A program made the position numbers and the translations under genes. Below the pieces are notes generated by a model. It worked only from the letters and a program-made list of their open reading frames with translations. It searched no databases and was not told the DNA's origin. 64,000 bases of DNA, taken from positions 12,338,001 through 12,402,000 of the forward strand of contig OZ059895.1 of NCBI GenBank assembly GCA_964057225.1, given 5' to 3'. Source of the stretch: Auanema rhodensis. Lineage: Eukaryota > Animalia > Nematoda. Positions 63,518 to 64,000 of the stretch are shown here, piece after piece. Numbering within the stretch: position 1 is the stretch's first letter; each line of letters opens with the position of its first letter.

Positions 63518-63636
63518 GCTTACGACCATACCACGTTGAAAGTACGCCATCCCGTCCGATCTGGCAAGTCAAGCAACGTTGGGCCCGGTTAGTACTTGGA
63601 TCGGAGACGGCATCGGAATCCCGGGTGCCGTAAGCT
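63518..63636 (+). rRNA. 5S rRNA (variant GGCATCGG)
   Basis: Full length; same variant as 56672. Confidence 0.88.
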
Positions 63637-64000
63637 TTTCAAATTTTTTTACCGATCATGCCACGTTGAAAGAACGCCATGCAGCTGATTTTCAATTTTA
63701 TCTCTTCCGTAACAAATGTTTTTAATTTTCCAGCAGTTTTACTCAGATAGCTCAACCCAAGGCATCAAAATATCTTCAATCTTATTTCTATACTACATTT
63801 ATAAACCAGTAGTTTATGAACCTTCATCTTAAGTTTACTGTTTCTATCTATTTCCTATTGAAACAAACATTGTTTAAACACTATACAACTGTGAAACCTT
63901 TTTTAATTTATTGTATTTGGAGCTCATAAGATTTGATATCATCGAGGGATTTAGATGTAACGTAGAAAATTACATAACTAACATGAAATTGAAAAAAAAA

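Larger units (their letters stand above)
43662..64000 (+). repeat. Uninterrupted 5S rDNA tandem array: 19 full-gene units (~516-530 bp) and ~26 truncated units (~387-400 bp)
   Basis: Unit starts, e.g. 43723, 44239, 44769, 45169, 45569 and 45969; highly similar spacers. Confidence 0.97.

Noticed and set aside
43662-64000. Recurrent 60-73 aa minus-strand ORFs (MKVHKLL..., MTCQIGR...)
   Set aside because: Chance frames antisense to 5S/spacer, open in only some units, mostly non-ATG starts

Overview
AT-rich eukaryotic DNA, very probably from a rhabditid (Caenorhabditis-like) nematode: nematode-type 5S rRNA, 42-47 nt TTTCAG-type introns, a Tc1-like element and Cer-like LTR elements. The backbone is a tandem 5S rDNA array with no SL1 gene seen in the unit. 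It has about 24 full-length 5S genes in ~516-530 bp units and about 28 ~400 bp units that keep only the first 33 nt of 5S. Four classes of mobile element interrupt the array, all in or within ~60 bp of a 5S gene. (1) A BEL/Pao solo LTR (170-499) and a 5'-truncated BEL/Pao provirus (~3519-9277) sit at the same 5S nucleotide (GGGCC, nt 64-68). The provirus carries a phlebovirus-Gc-like env, an antisense three-exon gene and a Gag-knuckle-like 3' ORF. (2) A decayed Mutator-like element starts at 5S nt 29. (3) A 20 kb Maverick/Polinton (10815-30965) has a 14-exon, apparently intact pPolB and disrupted capsid, ATPase and integrase genes; it contains an intact CR1-like LINE and an intact Tc1-like transposon. 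(4) A 10.4 kb Ty3/Gypsy element (33289-43661, minus strand) encodes an ancestrally single gag-env-pro-RT-RH-IN polyprotein with a class III-like glycoprotein and a tRNA-Gln PBS. Best candidates for new biology: a 5S-site-specific enveloped BEL/Pao family with an antisense spliced accessory gene, and apparent convergent use of the 5S/Pol III start region by unrelated elements. All family calls come from motif recognition by eye; no searches were run.
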